Below, piece after piece: positions 1 to 9,247 of a stretch of 29,262 nucleotides of DNA. This DNA comes from a bacterium (GTDB taxonomy: Bacteria; Arandabacterota; Arandabacteria; Arandabacterales; JALGWA01), in NCBI GenBank assembly GCA_050125095.1, contig JASFEA010000021.1:1-29262 (forward strand), read 5' to 3'. Numbering within the stretch: position 1 is the first letter of the stretch; each line of letters starts with the position of its first letter. Both the position numbers and the translations under genes were made by a program. The notes beneath the pieces were generated by a model. That model saw only the letters and a program-made list of their open reading frames with translations, was not told the origin of the DNA and searched no databases.

Positions 1-10
1 TGCGTCATTC

Positions 11-39
11 TTGACACGCCTTCGGCCCTGAATTAGACT
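11..39 (+). promoter_or_regulatory. sigma70-type promoter of the OmpA-family gene
   Basis: TTGACA (11-16), 17-bp spacer, TAGACT (34-39); RBS AGGAGGT at 63-69 before ATG at 77. Confidence 0.8.
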
Positions 40-76
40 GACGTAGGTTCACAGGCGCTTTCAGGAGGTAATTCCA

Positions 77-1264
77 ATGCGTAGACTGATGCTTATCGCC
101 GCGGTTGTTGCGATGTCGTTCTGCCTGGTCTCGACCCATGAGCCCGCAAATGCGGGAATCGGCGGCCTGACGGACAAGCTCAAGGACAAGGCAAAGAAGG
201 AAGCAGAAAAAGTGCTTGAGGATTCTGCGGAAGACGAAACTCCGAAGGAGGAGCAGGAAGAAGAGAAGGCCGCCGAGGGGGCCGAGGGCGAGGCCGCATC
301 CGGCGACATGGCTCTATACACCAAGTACGACTTCGTGCCGGGAGACAAGGTCATCTTCTTTGACGACCTAGCTGGAGAGGAGATGGGCGAGTTCCCGACG
401 CGCTGGAATCTCGACAATGGCGTCTTCGAGATCGTCAGGATGGGAAAAGAAAACTACATCATGTGCAGCGACCAGGGGGCTATTCTGCCCAAGATCGCGC
501 ATGCGCCCCTCCCGCCCAAATATACGGTCGAGATGGAGGTCTACTCCAATGGCCCGGAATATGACGGCCACTGGTATTACATGGAATGGCTCGATGCAGG
601 GGGGCGACAGATAGCGTCTCTGAGCTTCAAGGACGGAAGGAACACCCAACTGGTGGTCCTCAGCAAATCAGTGGCCAGCAAGTCACTTCCCGAGAAAGTG
701 ACGAAAGGCATCCACACCATGCGCATCATGGCCACGACGAGTACGATCAAGTGCTACCTGGACAATGTCCGCATAGCCAACGTGCCCAAGGTGGAGGGAT
801 TCGATCCTGTCGGCTTCCGCGTTCATATGGACCCCTGGGAAGGGGAGCCCAAGAATCCCATGTTGCTCAAGAGCTTCCGCTTTGCGGAGGGAGGCAAGTC
901 GTTGAGAGAACAGCTGGACGAGACGGGCCGCATCGTCACACATGGAATACTTTTCGATTCAGGCTCCGACCGCATAAAGGGCGAATCGTATAAGACACTT
1001 TCCAATATCGGCATGCTGCTGACCGACGACCCCGACCTCCGGCTTTCAATCGAGGGGCATACCGACAGCGATGGTGCGGACGACTACAACATGGGGCTTT
1101 CGAACGAGCGTGCGCAGGCGGTCAGAACGTATCTCATGGAAACCTATGACATCGGGGGCGACCGCCTTGAGGCCAAAGGCTGGGGCGAGACCAATCCCAT
1201 AGACACCAACGCGACACCTGAGGGCAAGGCCAACAACCGCAGGGTGGAGCTGGTTAAACTGTAG
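77..1264 (+). CDS. exported OmpA-family (peptidoglycan-binding C-terminal domain) protein
   Basis: N-terminal signal peptide (..PANA/G); C-terminal OmpA-like motifs ILFDSG, IEGHTDSDG, LSNERAQAV, NRRVE; strong RBS. Confidence 0.9.
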   Translation: MRRLMLIAAVVAMSFCLVSTHEPANAGIGGLTDKLKDKAKKEAEKVLEDSAEDETPKEEQEEEKAAEGAEGEAASGDMALYTKYDFVPGDKVIFFDDLAGEEMGEFPTRWNLDNGVFEIVRMGKENYIMCSDQGAILPKIAHAPLPPKYTVEMEVYSNGPEYDGHWYYMEWLDAGGRQIASLSFKDGRNTQLVVLSKSVASKSLPEKVTKGIHTMRIMATTSTIKCYLDNVRIANVPKVEGFDPVGFRVHMDPWEGEPKNPMLLKSFRFAEGGKSLREQLDETGRIVTHGILFDSGSDRIKGESYKTLSNIGMLLTDDPDLRLSIEGHTDSDGADDYNMGLSNERAQAVRTYLMETYDIGGDRLEAKGWGETNPIDTNATPEGKANNRRVELVKL

Positions 1265-1357
1265 GCGGGAATCGGTGTGGGAGGCTTGAGTCAATTGGAC
1301 TGACCTGACTGAGCCGGCCTGACAGCCCGACTTGATTGCTCGACTCGATTGACCGAC

Positions 1358-2131
1358 CTAAATGACCAGGTCGATCCCAACCGGGCAGTGGTCGGATCCC
1401 ATGACTTCAGGAAGAATGTATGCCGCCTTCAGATTCTTCTTGAGGTTCTTCGACACGAAGAAGTAGTCGATTCGCCACCCCACATTCCTCTCGCGCGATC
1501 GCGTCTTCATGTCCCACCACGAGTAGTTGCCCGGCTCTTTGTCGAACATTCTGAATGTATCAATGAAACCGTGCTCGATTAGCCGGGTGATCCACGCGCG
1601 CTCCTCGGGAAGGAAACCTGTATTGTTTACGTTCTGCTTGGGCCGGGCCAGGTCTATCTCCTTGTGAGCCGTATTCACGTCGCCACATAGGACCACTTTC
1701 TTGCGCCTCCTCCGGAGACCGTCGAGGTAGTCCAGGAAGTCATCGTAGAAGTCGAGCTTGTACTGCAGTCTCTCCTCGGACGCCCCGCCGTTGGGGAAAT
1801 AGACGTTAAGAAGAACGAAGGGGCCGTAATCCGCAGCTATGGTCCTGCCCTCGACGTCGAAGCGCTCGACGCCGAAGCCGAAGTCGACCTTCCGGGGCTT
1901 GACCCTGGTGTAAAGCGCCACCCCGCTGTAGCCCTTCCTCTTGCCCGAGCGGAAATAGGACTGGTAGCCGGCGACGTTGATGAGCTCCGGCGGCAGCTGC
2001 TCCTCGCTGGCCTTGGTCTCCTGCAGGCAGAGGACGTGGGGGCGCTCTGCGAGAAACCAGTCCAGGAAACCCTTTCTGTGCACCGCCCGGAGGCCGTTGA
2101 CATTCCATGACAGGAGCCGCATCTTCCTCAT
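1358..2131 (-). CDS. xth: exodeoxyribonuclease III / AP endonuclease
   Basis: [42 protein letters not shown] motifs; start is ATG 2131 or 2122 (uncertain). Confidence 0.95.
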   Translation of the reverse strand: MRKMRLLSWNVNGLRAVHRKGFLDWFLAERPHVLCLQETKASEEQLPPELINVAGYQSYFRSGKRKGYSGVALYTRVKPRKVDFGFGVERFDVEGRTIAADYGPFVLLNVYFPNGGASEERLQYKLDFYDDFLDYLDGLRRRRKKVVLCGDVNTAHKEIDLARPKQNVNNTGFLPEERAWITRLIEHGFIDTFRMFDKEPGNYSWWDMKTRSRERNVGWRIDYFFVSKNLKKNLKAAYILPEVMGSDHCPVGIDLVI

Positions 2132-2300
2132 GCTGGAAAGATACACTGATTCCGCCGTAGGTTCAACCCGAGTCCGGGGCTGGAGCAGCGGAGCCCGGAG
2201 GTAATCTTTTTGACTGGGAAACTCATATATGTTATATAGATTTTGAGTTCTATTGCACCTAATTGGAGGTTCTTAACCGACACAGACGATAAGGCGGGGC

Positions 2301-3698
2301 GTGTTTCCACACAAAGAGGACATTCAGAAGGCCCTCCGGGCTGCCCTCTCCAGGGGCGCTGAGTTCGCCGAAGTATATCTGGAGAAACGCATCGCTGATA
2401 CGGTGAGAATAGAGGAGCAGCTCGTCCGCGAGTCATCCCGCGGCGTTCTGGCCGGAGTCGGGATCAGGGCGATCCTGGGAGACAAGATCGGCTATGCCTA
2501 TGCCGACGGCCTCGGTGTCGAAGGCATGGTGGAGGCGGCCGCGATAGCCGGCGAGATAGCCGCGACGGGAGAGCCGTCGGAACCAGTGGGCCTCTCCGAA
2601 GCCAGGGTCGCTGAGCCTTTTTCCGAGACCCGCATCTTCCCCATTGACGTAGAGGCGGAGAAGAAGGTGGAGTTGGCCTTTCGCGCCGACGCCTCCTGCC
2701 GGGACTACGACCCGCGAATAACACAGGCCATGGTGACGCTGCTCGACCACGACAAGCACATACTCATTGCCAATTCCGAAGGGACGTATATCGGCGACCG
2801 CCAGATACTTACGACCTTGAGGGTGGTCTCCATCGCCGAGAGCAACGGCGGGAGACAGCGGGGCTTCCGGTCCTTGAGCGGCAGGAGCGGCTACGAGCTC
2901 TTCGAGAAGGAGTCGCCGGAAGAGGTCGCGGCGGACGCTTCGAGGCAGGCCGTCATCCTCCTGGATGCCCAGGAGGCTCCGGCGGGAGCCATGGTGGTTG
3001 TACTCGGAAACGGAAGGGGCGGCGTGCTTCTGCACGAAGCCATCGGACACGGCTTCGAAGGCGATTTCATAAGGAAGAAGACCTCGCTTTTCACAGGGAG
3101 AATCGGCGAGAAGGTCGCGGTGGAAGGCTGCACCATAGTGGACGACGGCACCATACCCAACGCCCGCGGCAGCATCAACATCGACGATGAGGGAACGCCC
3201 GGAGAACGCACAGTGCTGATTGAGAACGGCATCCTGAAGGGATTCATATACGACAAGCTCAATGCCAGGCTCATGGGGACCGTCTCCACGGGCAATGGCA
3301 GGCGGCAGGCCTACAAGTTCATGCCCGTGCCGCGGCAGACCAACACGTTCATGCTCGCCGGCGAGGCGCCGCCGGAGGATATCATCGGCTCTGTCGCCAA
3401 GGGCCTGTATGCCAAGAATATCGGCGGGGGCCAGGTCGACATCGCGAGCGGCAACTTCGTCTTTGAAGTGACCGAGGGCTATCTCATAGAAGGCGGAAAG
3501 GTCGGCGCACCCGTACGCGGAGCCAATCTCATAGGCAACGGAGCCGAGGTCCTCAAGAAAATCGAGATGATAGGGAACGATTTCGCATTCGAGGCCGGCG
3601 GCGGAACCTGCGGCAAGAGAGGCCAGGCGGTGCCTGTGATGGACGGCATCCCCACCGTCAAGATCTCGAACATAACCGTGGGAGGGACAGAGTCCTAG
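2301..3698 (+). CDS. tldD: TldD metalloprotease
   Basis: HEAIGHGFEGD metal motif, DDEG, TGNGRR, PRQTNT, C-terminal CGKxGQ; followed by pmbA. Confidence 0.93.
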   Translation: MFPHKEDIQKALRAALSRGAEFAEVYLEKRIADTVRIEEQLVRESSRGVLAGVGIRAILGDKIGYAYADGLGVEGMVEAAAIAGEIAATGEPSEPVGLSEARVAEPFSETRIFPIDVEAEKKVELAFRADASCRDYDPRITQAMVTLLDHDKHILIANSEGTYIGDRQILTTLRVVSIAESNGGRQRGFRSLSGRSGYELFEKESPEEVAADASRQAVILLDAQEAPAGAMVVVLGNGRGGVLLHEAIGHGFEGDFIRKKTSLFTGRIGEKVAVEGCTIVDDGTIPNARGSINIDDEGTPGERTVLIENGILKGFIYDKLNARLMGTVSTGNGRRQAYKFMPVPRQTNTFMLAGEAPPEDIIGSVAKGLYAKNIGGGQVDIASGNFVFEVTEGYLIEGGKVGAPVRGANLIGNGAEVLKKIEMIGNDFAFEAGGGTCGKRGQAVPVMDGIPTVKISNITVGGTES

Positions 3699-5038
3699 TG
3701 GACTATCTCGATCTTGCGAAGGACATAACGACGCGGGCCAAGGCCAGGGGCGCCGACGAATGCGATTGTCTGATCGAGGTCGGAAGCACGCTTTCGGTCA
3801 CCGTCCGCAGCGGAGAGGTGGAGAGCATCGAGCGAGCCGCTTTTAAAGGTCTCGGCATAAGATTCTTCCGCCGGAAGAAGCTCGGCTTCGGTTTCACAAC
3901 CGACCTCTCTCCCGCGTCGCTCGATGATCTCGTCCAGCAATGCGCGGACTTCGCGAATGTCTCCACGGCGGACCCGGTCGCTGTAATACCGGAGGTGTCT
4001 GTCCCCGGCGAATCTGCCGACCTCGAGATTTTCGACCCGGCGATCAAGAGCATCCCGACCAGCGAGAAGATCGACCTGGTGCTCGCCTGCGAACAGGCGG
4101 CCTTCGACTATGACAGCAAGATAAGAAACACCTATGGGACCGCATATGAAGACGCAAGAGTTGAAGTAATTCTCGCGACCATGCAATCGGGCCCGGTTGC
4201 ATACGAGGGTACCCATTTCGAAATAGGCTGCCTCCCGGTGGCCGAAGACAACGGCGAAAAGCGAATCGGCATATGGTACTCTCCAAGAAGGTTCTTCTCC
4301 GACCTCGAGCCGGCGTCTCATGTGGGGAGCACGGCGGCCAGCCGCGCCATCAGCATGCTGGGAGCCAGGCCGGTGAAGACGCAGAAGGCCTCGGTGGTCT
4401 TCGGGCCGCTGACGGGAACAGAGCTCGTGAGAAGTATATTCAGCGCCCTCGACGGAGAGAACGACCTCAAGGGCACGACCTTCCTGAAGGACAAGCTGAA
4501 CCAGGAAGTCGGCTCGAAGCACGTCTCTTTCATCGACGACGGGCGTATGCCCCGGAAGGTCGGCTCGCGCCCGTTCGACGGTGAGGGGGCGCCGACCGGG
4601 AGAACCGTGGGCATCGGCGGGGGGATCCTCAGGGCGCACTTCTATGACTCGCGCTCGGCGCGCAAAGCCGGGACAATGACCACCGGCAATGCAAGCAGGA
4701 GCTACGGATCCATTCCGTCAGTTGGCGCCAATAATTTCTATCTTGAGCCCGGCGAGACTTCGCCCGGCGACGTAATCGCGGGCGTAAAGAAGGGCCTTCT
4801 TGTGACGCGGCTTCTGGGTTTCGGTGTTAACATCACCACCGGCGATTACTCGAGGGGCGCTGAAGGACTCTGGATAGAGAACGGCGAAATCAAAGGTCCG
4901 GTGAGCGGAATTACGATCGCGGGCAACATGCTCGAGATGCTTAAGAACATCGAATGCGTCGGCTCAGATATTCACTTCTTCGGGCAGTTCGGCTCTCCGA
5001 CATACGCCATCCGCGAAATGACCATCGCCGGCGAGTGA
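3698..5038 (+). CDS. pmbA: PmbA/TldE protein
   Basis: PFDGEG, TTGNA, GVNITTGDYSRGAEG, ITIAGN motifs; no HExxxH; GTG start overlaps the tldD stop. Confidence 0.9.
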   Translation: MDYLDLAKDITTRAKARGADECDCLIEVGSTLSVTVRSGEVESIERAAFKGLGIRFFRRKKLGFGFTTDLSPASLDDLVQQCADFANVSTADPVAVIPEVSVPGESADLEIFDPAIKSIPTSEKIDLVLACEQAAFDYDSKIRNTYGTAYEDARVEVILATMQSGPVAYEGTHFEIGCLPVAEDNGEKRIGIWYSPRRFFSDLEPASHVGSTAASRAISMLGARPVKTQKASVVFGPLTGTELVRSIFSALDGENDLKGTTFLKDKLNQEVGSKHVSFIDDGRMPRKVGSRPFDGEGAPTGRTVGIGGGILRAHFYDSRSARKAGTMTTGNASRSYGSIPSVGANNFYLEPGETSPGDVIAGVKKGLLVTRLLGFGVNITTGDYSRGAEGLWIENGEIKGPVSGITIAGNMLEMLKNIECVGSDIHFFGQFGSPTYAIREMTIAGE

Positions 5039-5048
5039 CGGCGAGGGG

Positions 5049-5104
5049 CATTGTGCATTTCACATTGTGCATTTCACATTGTGCATTTCACATTGTGCAT
5101 TTCA
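5049..5104. repeat. perfect tandem repeat 4 x CATTGTGCATTTCA (14 bp)
   Basis: copies at 5049-5062, 5063-5076, 5077-5090, 5091-5104; the unit is one end of the dispersed motif. Confidence 0.98.
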
Positions 5105-5226
5105 AGACCTGAGCCCATTGAACAGATTACTCGGCATTCCGCCGGTGGCTTCTTTACAACACGAAGCCCAGGCGGAACGCCTTCACATCCGCGGCGAGGG
5201 TATTGTGCATTTCAAGACCTGACCCC
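5091..5226 (-). repeat. 110-bp repeat unit bounded by two copies of the GGG(G/C)TCAGGTCTTGAAATGCACAA motif (locus A)
   Basis: reverse complement matches 15397-15532 with 7 mismatches in 136 bp; lies between convergent genes. Confidence 0.95.
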
Positions 5227-5241
5227 AGGTGCTGACCCCGG

Positions 5242-6354
5242 CTACCTGCGGCCGCCGGAGAGGGCTATCATGAGGTCGGTGCGGGTAATGATGCCGACCA
5301 TGCGGCCCTTCTCCACCACGACCATCCTCCCGACGCCGGTCTGGAGCATCCGGCCGAACGCCACCCGCGCGCTTTCGCCCGGCAGGGCGACCACCATTCT
5401 TTCCCACGGCGTCATGGCCTCGGTAACCGTGGTTGTGTCCCAGTTCTCCTTGGGGACGGACGCGATGTCGGCGCGGGACAGGATCCCGGTTATGCTGTTG
5501 TCCTCTTTCACCGGGTATGCGTTGAAGCCGGTGATGAAGTAATTGCGCGCGGCTTCGCCGAGAAAGATGTCGCCGGGCACGGTCTTGACGTCGCGCGACA
5601 TCAGGCTCCCGACCGTCACGCCCGCGGCCATCTTGGACACCCGGTAAGAGCCGAAGAAGGCCAGACGTTCTATGAAGGTGCCGATGAAGACGAGCCAGAG
5701 AAAGCCGGGAGCGCTGAGCGCCACCGAAAGCGTCACCCCCACGAAGACCAGGGTGAGCCCGAAGAAGCGGCCCACGACGGCCGCGGCCCTGGTGGCCTTG
5801 ACGAAGTTGCCCGTAAGTTTCCACAGGATTGCCCTTAGCACCCTGCCCCCGTCCAGGGGAAATCCCGGCACGAGGTTGAAGCCCGCCAGCATGCCGTTGG
5901 CGTAAGTAACGTATTGAAGCACCAGGCCGGTCGCCGACTCGGAATCGAAGTCGATGAAAACGAACCTCATGAGCCCGGCCACGGTCGCGATAATTAGGCT
6001 CGCGAGCGGGCCGGCCAGCGCCATCCGGAACTCGACGCCTGGGCTCTTGGGCTCTTCTTCCATATGAGCCACGCCGCCGAAGATGAACAGGGTAATCTTC
6101 CTGATGGGAAGCCCGTAGCGGAGGCCCACGAACGAGTGGGACAATTCGTGCGCGAGCACCGACACAAAGAGCAGGATCGCGGACACCGCGGCCACCGTCC
6201 AGCTCGCCGAATCCGCCAGGTCCGGGGCGTTCTCCGCGATGTACCCGGTCCTGAGCCAGTAGACCAGCAGGCCGAATATGACGAGCCACGTTGCGTGAAT
6301 ATTGATTTCGATCGGGCCGATCTTCCCGATTTTAAGTGAAGCCCACCTAAGCAT
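5242..6354 (-). CDS. site-2 (M50) intramembrane metalloprotease with C-terminal CBS pair
   Basis: AHELSH, LFIFGGVA, ALAGP, NLVPGFPLDGG motifs, multiple hydrophobic segments, CBS-like C-terminus (GIITRTD). Confidence 0.93.
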   Translation of the reverse strand: MLRWASLKIGKIGPIEINIHATWLVIFGLLVYWLRTGYIAENAPDLADSASWTVAAVSAILLFVSVLAHELSHSFVGLRYGLPIRKITLFIFGGVAHMEEEPKSPGVEFRMALAGPLASLIIATVAGLMRFVFIDFDSESATGLVLQYVTYANGMLAGFNLVPGFPLDGGRVLRAILWKLTGNFVKATRAAAVVGRFFGLTLVFVGVTLSVALSAPGFLWLVFIGTFIERLAFFGSYRVSKMAAGVTVGSLMSRDVKTVPGDIFLGEAARNYFITGFNAYPVKEDNSITGILSRADIASVPKENWDTTTVTEAMTPWERMVVALPGESARVAFGRMLQTGVGRMVVVEKGRMVGIITRTDLMIALSGGRR

Positions 6355-6362
6355 ATGCCCTC

Positions 6363-7025
6363 TCAGTCGACAAGCACGACGCCAAAATAATCGTCAGATT
6401 GGCCGTGCGACCTTACAACCTCTATATGAAAACCGTTGGAGCGCACGGTTTCAAACACGTTGATGCCGCACGCCTCCATGGCAGGCCTCGCTATGATGGG
6501 ATATCGGCAGCGCTTCGAGGTGTTGCATTTATATCCCTTGTTCTCGCAAATGCGGCACGGCCCGGAACCGAATCCCAGGGCCTTGTAATAGCCGGCGAGA
6601 AAGACCTTGCGCTCGAGCTCGGGCACGATGTCGTTGATGACCGCGTTATCATGCGCGTGCAGGAGTATCGCCCGGCGGTAACAGGCCACCACCTCGGCGG
6701 TCTCTTCGGGCCTCGGCGTAAACGGGGGACACATGAGGCGCTTATTGTAGCCGGGGCAGCCGTACTGGCACTTGAGTCGCACCCACGCCTCGCATCTTAT
6801 GGTGGAGGCGTCTATCAGCCGGGCGTTTTCGGCCCCCATGTCGAGGGCGAGTTCGACGAAGTGATTGATGTCCCCACGGCCCGCTCCGGACTTATGTCCG
6901 GATTGCTTCTGTCCCGGTAGCGTCTGTCCCGGTCGCTCCCGCCCCGGTCGCTCCCGCCCCTGCCGCTCCCGCCTCTCCCGTTTCCGGCCCGGTCGCTTAT
7001 GCCCCTTCGGCGTCTTCCCTGTCAT
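6363..7025 (-). CDS. Cys-rich predicted metal-binding protein (DUF2284-like) with basic N-terminal extension
   Basis: VRLKCQYGC..YN..LMCPP, GPCRIC..C....CRYP..ARPAMEACGI pattern. Confidence 0.8.
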   Translation of the reverse strand: MTGKTPKGHKRPGRKRERRERQGRERPGRERPGQTLPGQKQSGHKSGAGRGDINHFVELALDMGAENARLIDASTIRCEAWVRLKCQYGCPGYNKRLMCPPFTPRPEETAEVVACYRRAILLHAHDNAVINDIVPELERKVFLAGYYKALGFGSGPCRICENKGYKCNTSKRCRYPIIARPAMEACGINVFETVRSNGFHIEVVRSHGQSDDYFGVVLVD

Positions 7026-7028
7026 ATG

Positions 7029-7640
7029 CTAAGCCTTCCCCCCGGGCCCGGACCTGCTTCCGGGCTTGACAAGCGGGCGCCCTTCCCTGCACATGGGACA
7101 GTCTTCGGGATCGTGATTGCTTATCTCGACCTCGTATAGCGATACGAAAGGCACGCCGAAGTCGACCCGGGCGCCGCGGTTGACAATGGAGCCTACGGCC
7201 ATTACTCGGCCCCCCGCCTCTTCGACCGCTGCGATTACCTCGCGCGTCGATCCCCCGGTCGTGACTACGTCTTCAACCACGACCGCCCCCTCCCCGCTCT
7301 CGATTCCGAAACCGCGCCTCAAGGTCATCCTGCCGTCGGCCCGCTCCGTGAAAAGAAACCTGACTCCCTTGGCGCGCGCGACTTCATGCCCGATGATCAC
7401 CCCGCCCAGGGCCGGGCTTATCACCAGGTCGGGCCTGTCTTCGCCCAGCTCGGCGCTCAATGCCTCCGCAAGCCGCCGGCCGGCGTACTCGGCGCGCGCC
7501 GGGTCTTCAAGGAGCCGGGCGCATTGTATGTACTTACCGCTGTGAAGTCCGGATGACAGCTTGAAGTGCCCGGTGAGAAGCGCGCCGCTCTCTTCCATAA
7601 GCTCCACAAGCTTGCTATCGGTATTGGCCTTCTCAGGCAT
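7029..7640 (-). CDS. pyrE: orotate phosphoribosyltransferase
   Basis: GHFKLSSGLHS, VVEDVVTTGGS PRPP motif, KPGSR; ATG 7640 overlaps the pyrF stop with AGGAGG upstream. Confidence 0.95.
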   Translation of the reverse strand: MPEKANTDSKLVELMEESGALLTGHFKLSSGLHSGKYIQCARLLEDPARAEYAGRRLAEALSAELGEDRPDLVISPALGGVIIGHEVARAKGVRFLFTERADGRMTLRRGFGIESGEGAVVVEDVVTTGGSTREVIAAVEEAGGRVMAVGSIVNRGARVDFGVPFVSLYEVEISNHDPEDCPMCREGRPLVKPGSRSGPGGKA

Positions 7641-8328
7641 CCCGTATCTCCTCCTTGATCCGTTTGAGTGTGGCGGCCGGGTCATCCGAACGCGTAACGC
7701 TGCGGCCAATAACGAGAAAGTCGGCCCCGTCTCTGGCGGCTTTCCCCGGGGTGGCAACGCGGGCCTGGTCGTCACCGGACTGGTCGCTGAGCCTTATACC
7801 CGGAACCACGGTGACGAGCCCCTCCCCGAATTCCGACCTCAGCATGGGCAGCTCATGCGCCGAGCAGACTACCCCGTCTATTCCGGCCTCAACGGCGCTG
7901 GCGGCCCGCTCGAGCACCAGGTCCTTGACTCCGCCCTCTTTCTGAATGCTCGTAAGCACAGTGACTCCCACCACGAGCGGCTTGTCCACACCGGCTTCTT
8001 CCGCGCCCTGCCGGGCGCCCTCCCCCGCGGCCTTCATCATGTCTATTCCACCCGGGGTATGAACCGTCAGAATCCGCACACCCAGCCTCGCCGCGCCCCT
8101 GACGGCCCCCTCTACGGTATTGGGTATGTCATGGAACTTGAGGTCCAGAAAGACACTTCCGCCCGCGGCCTTCACCCTCCTCACGCTCTCAATACCATGA
8201 TGCGTAAAGAGGATCGAGCCCACCTTGTAATTCTCGACGTGATCCCTGGTGAGGTCCACGATTCGCATGGCGTCATCTAAATCATCTGAATCCAGTGCGA
8301 GGATGATTTCCGTCCCCGTCGTTGCCAC
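7633..8328 (-). CDS. pyrF: orotidine-5'-phosphate decarboxylase
   Basis: ILALD, FLDLKFHDIPNTV, VTVLTS, PGIR, DDQAR, GRS motifs; RBS AGGAGG. Confidence 0.96.
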   Translation of the reverse strand: MATTGTEIILALDSDDLDDAMRIVDLTRDHVENYKVGSILFTHHGIESVRRVKAAGGSVFLDLKFHDIPNTVEGAVRGAARLGVRILTVHTPGGIDMMKAAGEGARQGAEEAGVDKPLVVGVTVLTSIQKEGGVKDLVLERAASAVEAGIDGVVCSAHELPMLRSEFGEGLVTVVPGIRLSDQSGDDQARVATPGKAARDGADFLVIGRSVTRSDDPAATLKRIKEEIRDA

Positions 8329-8341
8329 ACTGCTCCTCCTT

Positions 8342-9247
8342 TCAAGCCAGCGCTTTGCCTCTGAACTCCTCTATCGCCTTATAGCCCCTGTCGGCCATGT
8401 ATTCCTCTATGCCCATTATTATGTCCGACGGCGCGTTCAGCCATTTGACTATAACGCTCCCGATCTCAAAAGCCGACGCGCCTGCAAGCATGAATTCGAT
8501 GGCGTCGGACGATGTCTCGATCCCACCGATGCCTATTATGGGTATATCCGCCGAAGCCGCGAGCCTGTAGACCAGATAGAGCGCCACGGGCTTGAGTGGG
8601 GGGCCGCTGAGTCCGCCCGTCCTGCCCCCGAGCCGCGGGCGCTGGGCTTCTATATCTATAGAGATGGACGGCAGGGTGTTGGATACGCCGAGGGCGTCAG
8701 CTCCTGCGCCCCTGGCGGCTCCGGCGACATCCTCTATGCAGCCGGGCAGGGGCGGGAGCTTGGCTATTATGGGAATGTCTATCTCCCCCCGCACGGCCTC
8801 GATGACCGCCGAGGTGGCATCCGGATCGCGCCCGAACAATATACCGCCCTTACTGACGTTGGGGCAGGAGATGTTGACCTCGAGGGCCGCGATGCCGCCC
8901 CTGCCTGCCAGTCTTGATGCAACCACCCTGTAGTCTTCGACCGAATCCCCCCCGATACTCACGATCAATTCGCAGGGGATGTCTATTGTGTCGAGCTTCT
9001 CGCCTATGAACCAGTCTATACCCGGATTCTCGAGTCCGATGGAGTTGATCATGCCGTGTCCGAGGTCGACCACCCTGGGCGGCGGATTGCCCTCCCGGGG
9101 CCGCAATGTGATGGTCTTGGTGATTACGGCGCCGAAAAGCGAGAGGTCGATTACTTCCGCGTATTCGTCACCGAAGCCCCAGAGCCCCGACGCGCCCACC
9201 ATGGGATTTTTGAGTTTGAGCCCGCCGACCTCGACTTCAAGACTCAT
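8342..9247 (-). CDS. pyrD: dihydroorotate dehydrogenase (class 1B) catalytic subunit
   Basis: REGNPPPR, MINSIGLENPG, EVNISCPNV, GGLSGP, IIGIGGI; ATG 9247 in ATGA overlap with the pyrK stop. Confidence 0.95.
   Translation of the reverse strand: MSLEVEVGGLKLKNPMVGASGLWGFGDEYAEVIDLSLFGAVITKTITLRPREGNPPPRVVDLGHGMINSIGLENPGIDWFIGEKLDTIDIPCELIVSIGGDSVEDYRVVASRLAGRGGIAALEVNISCPNVSKGGILFGRDPDATSAVIEAVRGEIDIPIIAKLPPLPGCIEDVAGAARGAGADALGVSNTLPSISIDIEAQRPRLGGRTGGLSGPPLKPVALYLVYRLAASADIPIIGIGGIETSSDAIEFMLAGASAFEIGSVIVKWLNAPSDIIMGIEEYMADRGYKAIEEFRGKALA

Noticed and set aside
2201-2260. Specific promoter call for tldD or xth in the AT-rich divergent gap
   Set aside because: TTGACT at 2210-2215 is followed at 17 bp by TATATA, which lacks the conserved final T; promoters are likely here but cannot be placed with confidence
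2301-5038. RiPP (microcin-like) cluster around tldD/pmbA
   Set aside because: No precursor peptide, YcaO, radical SAM enzyme or exporter nearby; the pair is a common housekeeping protease
5051-5542. ORFs sharing the peptide PEPIEQITRHSAGGFFTTRSPGGTP (also 15336-15530 and 15401-15631)
   Set aside because: Similarity comes from the DNA repeat; the 110-bp period shifts frame, no RBS is evident, and this ORF runs antisense into a real gene
7641-7775. N-terminal extensions in the ORF track for pyrE (likewise pyrD, pyrR, pyrC, ecfA2, HAD phosphatase, LUD protein)
   Set aside because: They overlap upstream genes or the attenuator; downstream starts have an RBS or stop/start coupling and match expected domain boundaries
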